Source: an uncultured archaeon (GTDB lineage Archaea; Thermoproteota; Nitrososphaeria_A; Caldarchaeales; Wolframiiraptoraceae). Taken from it: a stretch of DNA of 64,000 nt. The stretch is taken from assembly GCA_938083505.1 (NCBI GenBank), contig CALKCF010000007.1:96001-160000 (forward strand). The letters are read 5' to 3'. How positions within the stretch are numbered: the stretch's first letter is position 1; every line of letters begins with the position of its first letter. Under the pieces are notes generated by a model that did no database searches, had not been told where the DNA came from, and was given only the letters and a program-made list of their open reading frames with translations. This document shows positions 50,621 through 59,823 of this stretch, in pieces. Position numbers and translations under genes: made by a program.

Positions 50621-51103
50621 ATGTCGTTGAGGGCGGATGCTGCTAGGAAGAAAACAGTCATAGCCTCTGGTGCCTTCGATATCTTGCATCCAGGCCACAT
50701 AAAGTTTTTGGAAGAGGCTAAGCGTGTAGGTGGTAAAAATTCCACGCTCATAGTAATCGTTGCTAGGGATAAGACTGTGAAAGAGAATAAGGGAAGGGAT
50801 ACCGTCTTCAGCGAGGATGCTAGGCTCCATATGGTTCAAGCCCTGAAGCCCGTGGATAAGGCGGTCTTGGGATATCGGCCTTTTTCTTTCGAGAAAGTGG
50901 TCAAAAAGTACAGGCCGAATATCGTGGTCTTTGGCTACGACCAGGTATGGCTTATGGAAAAGTTCAAGAAACTATGTCGGAGAAAGAAGTTGAACATCAA
51001 TATTAAGGTGTTGAAGAAGTATGACCTCGGAAACATTAACAGCAGCTCGGAGGTAATAAAGAAAATCAAGAAGCTTCGGACGTTTAAAAGAAGAGCAGGA
51101 TAA
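50621..51103 (+). CDS. ribL: FAD synthetase (cytidylyltransferase-like)
   Basis: GAFDILHPGH, VIVARD, GYDQ, SSS. Confidence 0.8.
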   Translation: MSLRADAARKKTVIASGAFDILHPGHIKFLEEAKRVGGKNSTLIVIVARDKTVKENKGRDTVFSEDARLHMVQALKPVDKAVLGYRPFSFEKVVKKYRPNIVVFGYDQVWLMEKFKKLCRRKKLNINIKVLKKYDLGNINSSSEVIKKIKKLRTFKRRAG

Positions 51104-51272
51104 TACCTGCGATAATCAGCAACGTTATCATGAAAAGCATTAATCCGCTTGTAAGCGAAAACACGAAAGAAGGTGTTGTGAGCCAATAGAGGAAAAGAGA
51201 GCCGAAGGCAAGTATAATCGCTCCTAGAATCTTTGTCCATATTCTAACCAAATACGACTTTATAGTGCTCAT
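51084..51272 (-). CDS. Small two-TM membrane protein
   Basis: 62 aa with two hydrophobic helices; AT-rich TATA-like sequence upstream. Confidence 0.5.
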   Translation of the reverse strand: MSTIKSYLVRIWTKILGAIILAFGSLFLYWLTTPSFVFSLTSGLMLFMITLLIIAGIILLFF

Positions 51273-51454
51273 GCTTTCTCTTCAATCTTCTTGATACCGA
51301 GAATTATATTTATGTTACGCAGAGTTGTGCGATGTGCAGGTAAGATGTTTCAGGGTTTGATAAACGGATAATCTCGATGTGATATTCTTCGTCAAGTTTT
51401 CAAGAAGGGCTAAATAGTTCGCTGAAAGGAGTGAACTTCGAAGGTAGATAATGA

Positions 51455-52087
51455 ATGAAAATAACAGGAATAACAAGAAAAAGGGATGATGAGGAAAAGT
51501 TGGTAGGAGTGGCCAATATGAGCTTTGCTAGAGATAGGTTAATGGATGTCATTACGCAACTAAAGATTCAAGCGGAAAAACTGAACAGGACGTCCCAGAG
51601 ACTCGCAGCAAGGGGCAAGGAGTTATTTGAGATGTGTGTAAGGGCGGAACAGGAGAGGGACAAGGGCAGGGCGACGATATACGCCAACGAAATAGCTCAA
51701 CTCAGGAAGATATCCCGTACAATTTTGAAGAGTCAGCTTTCCCTAGAGAAAGTAATCCTAAGGTTGGAGACCGTGAAGGAATTCGGAGACGTCATGAACG
51801 TCCTCGGCCCGGCAACGAGTATAATAAGGCAAGTGCAGTCAGAGATCTCTGGATTAGTCCCAGAGGTTGCCTATAACCTAAGGCAAGTTGACGAGATGCT
51901 CGAGGGCATAATCGTTGAGGCTGGAAGCGTAACCGGCGCATCTGTCCAAGTTATGGTGAGCGACAGTGAGGCACAGAGGATACTCGAGGAGGCTGCTGAA
52001 ATAGCTGCCCAGCGTATGAAGAGCACATTCCCTGACTTACCAGAAGGTTACAGGCACCTAGAAACATCGACCGAGCCGAAGCAGTAG
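51455..52087 (+). CDS. cdvB: ESCRT-III/Snf7 (CdvB paralog)
   Basis: RATIYANEIAQLRK, LEKVILRLETV..FGD, EAQRILEEA, MIM2-like FPDLP. Confidence 0.9.
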   Translation: MKITGITRKRDDEEKLVGVANMSFARDRLMDVITQLKIQAEKLNRTSQRLAARGKELFEMCVRAEQERDKGRATIYANEIAQLRKISRTILKSQLSLEKVILRLETVKEFGDVMNVLGPATSIIRQVQSEISGLVPEVAYNLRQVDEMLEGIIVEAGSVTGASVQVMVSDSEAQRILEEAAEIAAQRMKSTFPDLPEGYRHLETSTEPKQ

Positions 52088-52184
52088 TCAAACGTCAGTA
52101 TACCAATAGCTTCAGCGACCTAAAAAACCAAGGACGAAACGTGACCTACCAAAAAATGAGGGGTGTTAATGCTGATGTGCCTGC

Positions 52185-53777
52185 TTAGAATTGCGTTTTC
52201 GACGGCAACCTCCTTAAGACTCCGAGCTCGTAAACGTAACCATCGACTATAGCATTTAAACTTGCTTCCAGTATATTTTTTGATACATGCGTCGTTGTCC
52301 AAGTATTACCTTCAGATGCGAATTCAACGAAGACTCTTACGGATGCTGCTGTACCATCTTCGCTGTCTACAACGCTTACCTTGTAGTTGACAAGCCTCGT
52401 ACCCCTTAAATCCGGGAACCTGCTTGATAGAGCCTCCCTAAGAGCTATGTCCAATGCGTGAACCGGGCCAACACCTTCTCCCATTGCTACGACACTACTT
52501 CCGCCCATGTCTATTGACACGATTGCTTTAGATACGGGCCTATTACCAGATTTGAAAGTCTCGACCCACCAGAAAGTTACTTTAAAGCACGTTGGGTCGA
52601 TTCCTAAGGACTTTAACATTAGGAGCTTTACAGTAGCGTCAGCAGACTCAAGATGATACCCCTCAGCCTCCAGCCTCTTTATTTCCTCTAGGCACTTTGT
52701 CGTATCCTGTTTAGATAACTCTAGTCCGAGCTCCTTTGCTATGTTCACGAGCGCGGACCTTCCTGAGAGCTCTGATACGGACATCGTTCTGCTGTTTCCG
52801 ACAAGGTCCGGATCTACGTGCTCGTAAGTACTTGGATTTTTCAGCACAGCATCTACATGTACCCCGGCCTTATGTGCGAATGCATTTCTTCCAGTATAAG
52901 GTTGTCCCAAAATTTCTGGCATACCCGTAACTTCGTAAATATATCTTGAGGTCTTTGTCAGCATCTTTAAACCATCCTTATTCTTAAGAACACTGTACCC
53001 CATCTTCAGTTTTAGGTTTGGTATTATTTGACATAGGTCGGCATTCCCACATCTTTCTCCAAGCCCGTTTATGGTTCCTTGCACGTGTCGAACACCAGAT
53101 TCCACAGCAGTCAACGTGTTAGCAACAGCAAGACCTGAATCGTTATGTGCATGTATCCCCAGCTGACAACAGTCGATGTGATTCTTGACATAGGATGTTA
53201 TACTTTTTATCTCGCTAAATAGAGAGCCGCCATTAGTGTCACAAAGTACAATAGCCCTGGACTTCGAAGCGCATGCGGCCTTCACAACTTCCATGGCATA
53301 ATCTTTATCGTCTTTAAATCCGTCGTAAAAATGCTCTGCATCGAATATAACGTCCAAACCATGCTCCCTAAGGTAGTCTATAGTCTCGGTAATCAGCTGT
53401 ATGTTCTCCTCTGGTGTGCACTTAAGAACTTCTCTAACGTGTAGGGTCCAACTTTTCCCGAATATAACAGCGTACTCTACATCTGAGTTCAGTATAGCAT
53501 TCAAAGATTGGTCCTCACTTACCCTTACGTCCTTTCGTTTTGTGCTACCGAACGCGGCCATCTTGCTATTCTTTAAGGATATTTCTTTAAAGGTTTTGAA
53601 GAACTCTTCGTCCTTTGGGTTTGAGCCTGGCCATCCTACTTCAATTATGTCTATACCGAGTTCATCCAGCACCCTTACTATGTTAAGCTTATCTTGGAGG
53701 GTAAAGGTGATGCCCCTTGTCTGCGCTCCGTCTCTGAGCGTAGTATCGAGAATTTCAACGTAATCGAAGCCGTTCAC
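52185..53777 (-). CDS. cimA: Citramalate synthase
   Basis: DTTLRDGAQ, GWPGSNPKD, FDAEHFYDG, HAHNDSG, AHKAGVH, LeuA regulatory domain. Confidence 0.9.
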   Translation of the reverse strand: MNGFDYVEILDTTLRDGAQTRGITFTLQDKLNIVRVLDELGIDIIEVGWPGSNPKDEEFFKTFKEISLKNSKMAAFGSTKRKDVRVSEDQSLNAILNSDVEYAVIFGKSWTLHVREVLKCTPEENIQLITETIDYLREHGLDVIFDAEHFYDGFKDDKDYAMEVVKAACASKSRAIVLCDTNGGSLFSEIKSITSYVKNHIDCCQLGIHAHNDSGLAVANTLTAVESGVRHVQGTINGLGERCGNADLCQIIPNLKLKMGYSVLKNKDGLKMLTKTSRYIYEVTGMPEILGQPYTGRNAFAHKAGVHVDAVLKNPSTYEHVDPDLVGNSRTMSVSELSGRSALVNIAKELGLELSKQDTTKCLEEIKRLEAEGYHLESADATVKLLMLKSLGIDPTCFKVTFWWVETFKSGNRPVSKAIVSIDMGGSSVVAMGEGVGPVHALDIALREALSSRFPDLRGTRLVNYKVSVVDSEDGTAASVRVFVEFASEGNTWTTTHVSKNILEASLNAIVDGYVYELGVLRRLPSKTQF

Positions 53778-53876
53778 CTCGAACTTTTTGGCACTATAAA
53801 TGATGAACTTGTATAAAAATATTTTAGATAAAGTGTAGCGAAAGATGCGGTATGTAGAGTTAAGGTTGTTGTAGCA

Positions 53877-54274
53877 TTACTTTCTTTTAGGCTGAACAAG
53901 CTCGTATATGACGCCGTAAATGTGTTTTGGTTCTACGAACGCTATCAACATGTGCAGCACTTCGCTTATCGACTCCTCATCTGTGAAAGACATTCCAAGC
54001 TTCCTCAACCTATCGACCTCCTCTTTTATGTTACTAACTTCTACGCCGATATGATGCAAACCCTCATCTTTTTCCTCAAGCAATCTGTAAAGCTGAGAGT
54101 TGGGAGGGGTTGGCTGTAAAAGTTCGAGAATCGTGTCATCGAACTTTATCCACACGAGCTTCAGTTTCCTTTTTCATCAATTACGTATTCGCCGACTATT
54201 AACACTCTTAAGAAAGTTTCTTTCACAGTATCGGCATTTTTTACAACTACGCTAACATGATGCAACCTTGCCAT
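53877..54274 (-). pseudogene. Frameshifted VOC-family (methylmalonyl-CoA epimerase-like) gene
   Basis: 5' part MARLHHVSVVVKN... (54274-54161) stops at TGA; the 3' part (ILELLQP, EGLHHIGVEV, GVIYELVQ) is one base out of frame across an A5 run at 54170-54174. Confidence 0.75.
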
Positions 54275-54378
54275 GCCATGCCGTTTGTTGAGAACAAATA
54301 TTAAGGGTCATGCTGTCGCAGGCTCCTAAGCGCCTCCTAATAAGGTCACCATGTATAAAAGAGCTCAAGGCAGAGGCG

Positions 54379-55233
54379 CTAATAGCGGCGCGAGAATGCT
54401 TTGCTTAACGCTTCGTAGTCCTCTAAGCTCATCGACCAACCTACAGACCCCGCATTTTCTTTAACGTGCTCGATTTTCACAGCTTTAGGTATCGCTATAA
54501 CGCTTGGCCTCCTTACAACCCAATTAAGTGCCACCTGAGAGTACGTCTTTTTATATTTCTCAGCTAAGCTCTGCAACGCATCTGCCTCGTGCCTATCCAA
54601 GTGTTTCCTAGGTTCCGAGAGTTTACCGCGTGAAAGCGGACTGTACGCAATCACAGTTATTTTTTCTTTTTCGCAGAAAGGTAGTAGGTCACGTTCTATG
54701 CTTCTATCTAGTAAGCTGTACTCGACTTGGTTCGATACTATCTCTTCGCTGGCGAGCGCCACCATGGCCTCCTCTAGCTCGCTTACTGAAAAGTTGCTGA
54801 CACCTATGAACCTCACAAGGCCTTCCTTAACTAGCCTCTCCATTGCCCTCATCGTTTCCCTGATGGGTATTCTCGGGTTTGGCCAGTGAATCTGGTAGAG
54901 ATCTATGGTCTTAACGTTAAGCCTGCTAAGGCTGGCCTTCGCAGACTTTATCACGGAATCGTAGGACAGGTGCTCCGGAGATACCTTCGTCGCGATGAAG
55001 AGCTCTGTCTTTGAGTCCGCTATGGCTCTGCCCACAACCTCCTCAGAGTGTCCAGCTCCATAAGCCTCGGCCGTATCGATAAGCGTCATACCCAATTCTA
55101 TTCCAAGCTTAAGGGCCGCTATGGCTTCCGCATCTCTGCTATCGTCCCTGCTGTAGAATCCGCCTATGCCCCAAGTCCCCTGACCCAAGGCTGGAACCTT
55201 ACAACCGGCCCTACCTAACTCCCTATACTCCAC
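54379..55233 (-). CDS. Aldo/keto reductase
   Basis: GQGTWG, IDTAEAYG, IATKV, DLYQIHWP, IGVSNF, AYSPL, IPKA. Confidence 0.94.
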   Translation of the reverse strand: MEYRELGRAGCKVPALGQGTWGIGGFYSRDDSRDAEAIAALKLGIELGMTLIDTAEAYGAGHSEEVVGRAIADSKTELFIATKVSPEHLSYDSVIKSAKASLSRLNVKTIDLYQIHWPNPRIPIRETMRAMERLVKEGLVRFIGVSNFSVSELEEAMVALASEEIVSNQVEYSLLDRSIERDLLPFCEKEKITVIAYSPLSRGKLSEPRKHLDRHEADALQSLAEKYKKTYSQVALNWVVRRPSVIAIPKAVKIEHVKENAGSVGWSMSLEDYEALSKAFSRRY

Positions 55234-55271
55234 GCCGATATTCTGTACACGGTAGGATTTTAGATTTCTGA

Positions 55272-55316
55272 ATTAGTTCAGAGCCGAGGAAAAATTTTCT
55301 GACATGCTGAACTAAT
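55272..55316. repeat. Perfect 10-bp inverted repeat ATTAGTTCAG-N25-CTGAACTAAT
   Basis: Read directly at 55272-55281 and 55307-55316, between rpl10 and the AKR gene. Confidence 0.75.
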
Positions 55317-55359
55317 CGGTTGGCATGCGGTACCCATGGCACTATAGGCACATCATCCC

Positions 55360-56223
55360 TTACTGGACCTTAGCAGCGGATTGCAACAAAAGGGCCTCCG
55401 CATAAGCTTTCTTGAGAAGGTACGGCAGCGTCTCTTTTGTTACGTACGAGGCCTCTATGGCAACGGCAAGCGCCTTCATATAAGCCAACGCTATAACCTG
55501 CGCCGAGGTCTCCTTGGTTACGTAACTGATGTTCACGGCAAAGTTGAACGCGTTCTTTACTGCCGCCTCAATCTCTCGTCTAGTCTTATCCAAGTCTATG
55601 AGTAGCTCATCGCCCGAGTAAATTCTGCCTCCCTCGTAAGCCGCCTCGATCATTACTCCCTTCAGTACGGCCTTTATGTCCAGTTTCATGAGAAGGCTAG
55701 CCAATGCTGGTGATATCACGTCACCCTTCTTCGCTACGAGCGTATCTTTAGCTATCCAGATGCTGCCACCGTCTATCCTCGTCGGTATCTTCATCTTACC
55801 TAACTCGCTCAATATAGGGCCTGGTGGTATGCCCGTGTTGCACTCTGGAATTATAACATCAACATCAGCTTTTTCGCCTGCCTTTGCATGCATGAGCACC
55901 CTGTTCTTCTGTAGTATGAGCGCGAGCTTGAATGCTGATACGTCACTGAATATCAGGCCGATGGGGTTGAGCTTATCCTCCACGAGACTCTTTAGTTGAG
56001 TTATGCCGGCCTTTTCGGCTGCCTTAATAAAGAGCGTTTTTTTAGTCACCTTAAACACAGTATTTTGTCTAAGCTTCGCTCTCAACTCATGCAAGACATT
56101 TGCCCTCACGCCCGTAAGCCCGAACACGGCGATCACTGGGTACTTTTTTATGCAGTCTACAAGTTCGGCTAGTTCACGTTCTTTCCAAGCCCTGCCAGCT
56201 CTTTTCTTTAGAACCAACGCCAA
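55360..56223 (-). CDS. rpl10: 50S ribosomal protein uL10 (P0)
   Basis: KVTKKTL, AKAG, NTGIPPGP, IPTRIDGGSI; lies in the L11-L1-L10 cluster. Confidence 0.93.
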   Translation of the reverse strand: MALVLKKRAGRAWKERELAELVDCIKKYPVIAVFGLTGVRANVLHELRAKLRQNTVFKVTKKTLFIKAAEKAGITQLKSLVEDKLNPIGLIFSDVSAFKLALILQKNRVLMHAKAGEKADVDVIIPECNTGIPPGPILSELGKMKIPTRIDGGSIWIAKDTLVAKKGDVISPALASLLMKLDIKAVLKGVMIEAAYEGGRIYSGDELLIDLDKTRREIEAAVKNAFNFAVNISYVTKETSAQVIALAYMKALAVAIEASYVTKETLPYLLKKAYAEALLLQSAAKVQ

Positions 56224-56269
56224 CTTAGTTCACCGACCTTTAACACATCGAGCTTAATATATCCCTCGC

Positions 56270-56944
56270 TTACTTTTCCTCGATTTCAACCTTTACCGGC
56301 TTGCCCATGGTTTTTTTGACGTATATAGACGCTATGTTCTTGAACCTCTTCTCTAACTTTTCCACGATTCTGTTGATCACTGTCTCCGCATTTTCAGCCA
56401 GCGCCTTAGAATCCATGTCTTCCGTTCCGATAATGCAGCCGAGTTTCGGACCCTTTCGCAACCTAAGGGTCACACTTCTTGAATACTTTTCTACGAACTT
56501 ATCGAGTTCCGTGCCTGGGGGTATGGGCACCGGCGCTTTACCCTTCGCACCTAGTACTGCACCGAGTGCTTTCGCCGCTATGCTCATCATAGAAGGTTCG
56601 ACGAGGAAGTAATCGTAGCTCCTTGCGAGCTTCTTTGCCATCCTCTTGTTACCTACTAAAGCCTCAAGGTCTTCCTTTCCTAAGACCTTGTCCACTGTCG
56701 ATATCTTTTCTGCCTTGAGCGCCATATCGCCGGATGCTATCACGCATATCTTCCTCTTCTTTTTTCCGAGGGCGTGTGGGAGCTCGATGGTTTCCGTAAA
56801 CCTATTCTCTGGTTTTGTTAGGTCTACATCTTTTACATTCATCGTGAGCTCAATCGATTGAAGAAACTTCCTAGTAGGTGACTTCTTTGCAGCTTCTATG
56901 GCATCCAATAGCTTAGACGATAGTGTTCTTAACAAACTAACCAC
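56270..56944 (-). CDS. rpl1: 50S ribosomal protein uL1
   Basis: RKFLQSIEL, IELPH, IGTEDM, YVKKTMGKPV. Confidence 0.95.
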   Translation of the reverse strand: MVSLLRTLSSKLLDAIEAAKKSPTRKFLQSIELTMNVKDVDLTKPENRFTETIELPHALGKKKRKICVIASGDMALKAEKISTVDKVLGKEDLEALVGNKRMAKKLARSYDYFLVEPSMMSIAAKALGAVLGAKGKAPVPIPPGTELDKFVEKYSRSVTLRLRKGPKLGCIIGTEDMDSKALAENAETVINRIVEKLEKRFKNIASIYVKKTMGKPVKVEIEEK

Positions 56945-57419
56945 CTAGCATGCTATCATATATGCCCGAATCTACCTCTTTAAGTACCTGCTTAGGTTCT
57001 TTACCATCAACCTTTATTCCTATACTCACACACGTACCAATGACTTGCTTCAGTGCAGCTTTTAAGGTCTTGGCTCGTAGGTCTGGCACCTTTATCTTTG
57101 CTATCTTAATGGCAGCGTCCATTGATAGGTTGCCAACGTATTCCTTACCAGGGTTGCCCGAGCCCTTCTTAACTGCCGCCTCTTTTACTATCAAGGCCGC
57201 AACCGTTGGTGTTCCTACCTTAACCGAAAACTCTTTTGTATCTGTGTCAACACTTATCTCGACTGGGACGCGCATTCCCATAAATTCTGCCGTGACTTCG
57301 TTTATCTTTTCCACGATCATGGGCACGTTTAACCCGAGCGGTCCTAAAGAAGAACCTATGGGCGGTCCTGCCGTAGCTTTACCTCCTTCTATGATGAATT
57401 TGAACCGCTTCTCAGGCAT
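56937..57419 (-). CDS. rpl11: 50S ribosomal protein uL11
   Basis: GGKATAGPPIGSSLGPLG, GMRVPV, GTCVSIG. Confidence 0.96.
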   Translation of the reverse strand: MPEKRFKFIIEGGKATAGPPIGSSLGPLGLNVPMIVEKINEVTAEFMGMRVPVEISVDTDTKEFSVKVGTPTVAALIVKEAAVKKGSGNPGKEYVGNLSMDAAIKIAKIKVPDLRAKTLKAALKQVIGTCVSIGIKVDGKEPKQVLKEVDSGIYDSMLGG

Positions 57420-57421
57420 CC

Positions 57422-57892
57422 TTAACTCGCACCCCCTTTCCGAGAAGAGAGAATTTTTATCTGGTCAACCGATATTGATATCGGTAAGGGGAACGCCGCT
57501 TCAGACAACTCAACAGTAACCTCCCTCTTGGTCCTATCTACTCTTATGACTTTACCAGTTATCCCCTTCAACGGACCAGCAATTATCTCGACAGAATCCC
57601 CTTCTGAGAGAATATCTATTATAAGTTTCTCGACTAAGTGGTTAGATATTTCCTTTATATCTATCGGCATTGCAGGTCTACTCTTTATGTGTCTGATTCC
57701 TTGTATGAGAGCATTTATAACTTCCTTACTTTTCGCCTCAACAAAGATGTAACCTTTAACGTCTGGGAGTGTTAGGATAGAAGCTACTTCTGCGTTCTCG
57801 CCTCTTACCCTACTCTCCAGTATCTTGGCTACGTTCCTCTCTTGCCCCGCTGTCGTCTTTATCGCGAATAGTTTATACTTCTCCACACTCAA
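57422..57892 (-). CDS. spt5: Transcription elongation factor Spt5/NusG
   Basis: KTTAGQE, KGYIFVEA, KOW GDSVEIIAGPLKG. Confidence 0.95.
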   Translation of the reverse strand: MSVEKYKLFAIKTTAGQERNVAKILESRVRGENAEVASILTLPDVKGYIFVEAKSKEVINALIQGIRHIKSRPAMPIDIKEISNHLVEKLIIDILSEGDSVEIIAGPLKGITGKVIRVDRTKREVTVELSEAAFPLPISISVDQIKILSSRKGGAS

Positions 57893-57996
57893 ACCTTAGC
57901 ATCCCCAAGCCTCAACGATTATCAGGCCTTTAACTACCCCCTTTAACCAAACCGTCCTTAAATATCTATTTTTTGCCTGCTCAACATCCTTTAATG

Positions 57997-58167
57997 TTAA
58001 ATCGTCTGGAGAGCTAGGGCTACAAATCTTACTATAAAAGCGATCGCACCTAACACAATTATGCCCAGAAACGTGATTTTTAAAGCTATCATAAACTCGG
58101 TCCTACTAGGCTTCTTCGCCACCTTCATGAGTGTCTTTACGGATTTAAAGAACTCGATAAGCTTCAT
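57997..58167 (-). CDS. secE: Protein translocase subunit SecE/Sec61-gamma
   Basis: Manual translation (not in track): MKLIEFFKSVKTLMKVAKKPSRTEFMIALKITFLGIIVLGAIAFIVRFVALALQTI; KKP..EF motif plus TM helix; canonical position before spt5. Confidence 0.92.
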   Translation of the reverse strand: MKLIEFFKSVKTLMKVAKKPSRTEFMIALKITFLGIIVLGAIAFIVRFVALALQTI

Positions 58168-58721
58168 GTTTTTTCGCTAAACTTTTCTTTCGTGTATGAT
58201 ATATCTTTTTTCTTAAAGGATTTTCCCGCCTCATAAAGATAGAGTTTATGTAACCTTCCATCCTCTGTGGAGACCTTGCTCGCCACGATTAAAGGTTGCC
58301 ATTCTAGAACCGGAAAGTCATGGGTGATGAGTTTCGTCCCAGGTTTAGTATAGAACTCGAGTCTTGGTTTTAGAATTTTCAAAGCGTCAGGGGTCAGATA
58401 CAACGTTATAACATCCGCCGAGCTGACGTCAAACTTGAATAGATCCCCCCTTATTATTCTGAAGTTTTTGATACCTTTTTCTAGCAGCTTATTATAGGCA
58501 TAGCTCGCCAGATTAGGGTTGGACTCCACACCTATAACGGAACACCCATAGTTACTGGCCGCCTCTACCAATATTCTCCCATCTCCACAGCCTAGGTCGA
58601 CGAGTAGTTGCCCTTCTCTCGGCTCTACAAGATCTAGCATCAGCTTGACCGTGTCAATCGGTGACGGATAGAAGGGTATCTTCGGAGAATAGTGCTTTCT
58701 TAAAATGTATGGATACGACAT
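58164..58721 (-). CDS. Class I SAM methyltransferase (aKMT/FAM173-like protein-lysine MTase)
   Basis: PFYPSP..V..ML, DLGCGDGRI, DVITLYL, THDF. Confidence 0.8.
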   Translation of the reverse strand: MSYPYILRKHYSPKIPFYPSPIDTVKLMLDLVEPREGQLLVDLGCGDGRILVEAASNYGCSVIGVESNPNLASYAYNKLLEKGIKNFRIIRGDLFKFDVSSADVITLYLTPDALKILKPRLEFYTKPGTKLITHDFPVLEWQPLIVASKVSTEDGRLHKLYLYEAGKSFKKKDISYTKEKFSEKT

Positions 58722-58753
58722 AACCCGCGTATAGTTAAACAGAGGGGCTTGGA

Positions 58754-59686
58754 TTAAAATTTTCTTCCATCCTGAAGTAAGTACAATAGTAAAGCAGCCT
58801 CGGTATGCAGCCTGTTAGCAGCCTGTTGCCAAACCATGGATTTCTTGCCATCGATCACGGATGCCTCCACTTCTTCTTCCCTATGCGCTGGTAAACAATG
58901 CATGAATATCGCGTCAGGTTTTGCTAAGGACATCAACTTCTCTGTTACCTTGTATCTCGGATAAAAAACCTTCAACCTCTTCTCCCTTTCTTCCTCCTGA
59001 CCCATGGAAACAAAAACGTCTGTGTAGACAACGTCGGCATCCCTTACAGCCTCTTCTGGATTTTCTGTCAACTCTATTGAACTCCCAGACATCCTCATCC
59101 ACTCCTTCGCTTGTGTTATCACGTTTTTTGGTGGCTGATATTCCTTAGGTGATGCCACCGAAATTCTGGCACCAAGTAGTGAACATGCTTGGATGAGAGA
59201 ATTACAAACATTGTTTCCGTCACCGATGTAGGCAACTTTTACCCCTTGGATGCTACCCTTTAGCTCCTTGATCGTCATCATATCAGCAAGTCCTTGGCAA
59301 GGATGAAATCTATCACTTAAGGCGTTGATTATCGGTACCGAGCTGTATCTTGCCATCTCAGAAAGCGTCTCATGCTTACAGACTCTTGCAACGATGGCGT
59401 CCACGTAAGCCGACAGCGCGTGTGCGGTATCACTCAACGGCTCTCCTCTGCTCACTTGCATCTCGCTAACACTGAGCGGAACGCTTTCACCACCAAGCCT
59501 TGCTATCGCTACTTGAAAGGATACTCTGGTTCTAGTAGACGGTTTTTCGAAAATCAAAGCTACGGACTTGCCGGATAGTGGTTTATTATCGGGATATCCT
59601 TTCTTCTTAAAATTTATAGCCATGTCTATTATGCGTAGTATTTCTTCTGCGGTATATCCTTCAAAATCTAAGAAGTGTCTAACCAT
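58754..59686 (-). CDS. argF: Ornithine carbamoyltransferase
   Basis: FEKPSTRTR, HPCQ, GDGNN, TDVFVSMG, HCLPA. Confidence 0.96.
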   Translation of the reverse strand: MVRHFLDFEGYTAEEILRIIDMAINFKKKGYPDNKPLSGKSVALIFEKPSTRTRVSFQVAIARLGGESVPLSVSEMQVSRGEPLSDTAHALSAYVDAIVARVCKHETLSEMARYSSVPIINALSDRFHPCQGLADMMTIKELKGSIQGVKVAYIGDGNNVCNSLIQACSLLGARISVASPKEYQPPKNVITQAKEWMRMSGSSIELTENPEEAVRDADVVYTDVFVSMGQEEEREKRLKVFYPRYKVTEKLMSLAKPDAIFMHCLPAHREEEVEASVIDGKKSMVWQQAANRLHTEAALLLYLLQDGRKF

Positions 59687-59823
59687 GTCAAAACCGTATT
59701 ACAAATAAATATTTAAGCGTACTAACTTGTGAAGCAATGGTAACCTTTATCTTAACTATCACCTATAACGTGACGTAGTCTAGGGGGGCGGTTTTCATAT
59801 TCTTTGACGAAGAAGGAGAGGCG

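Noticed and set aside
56950-57519. 189-aa plus-strand ORF
   Set aside because: Antisense shadow of rpl11/spt5.
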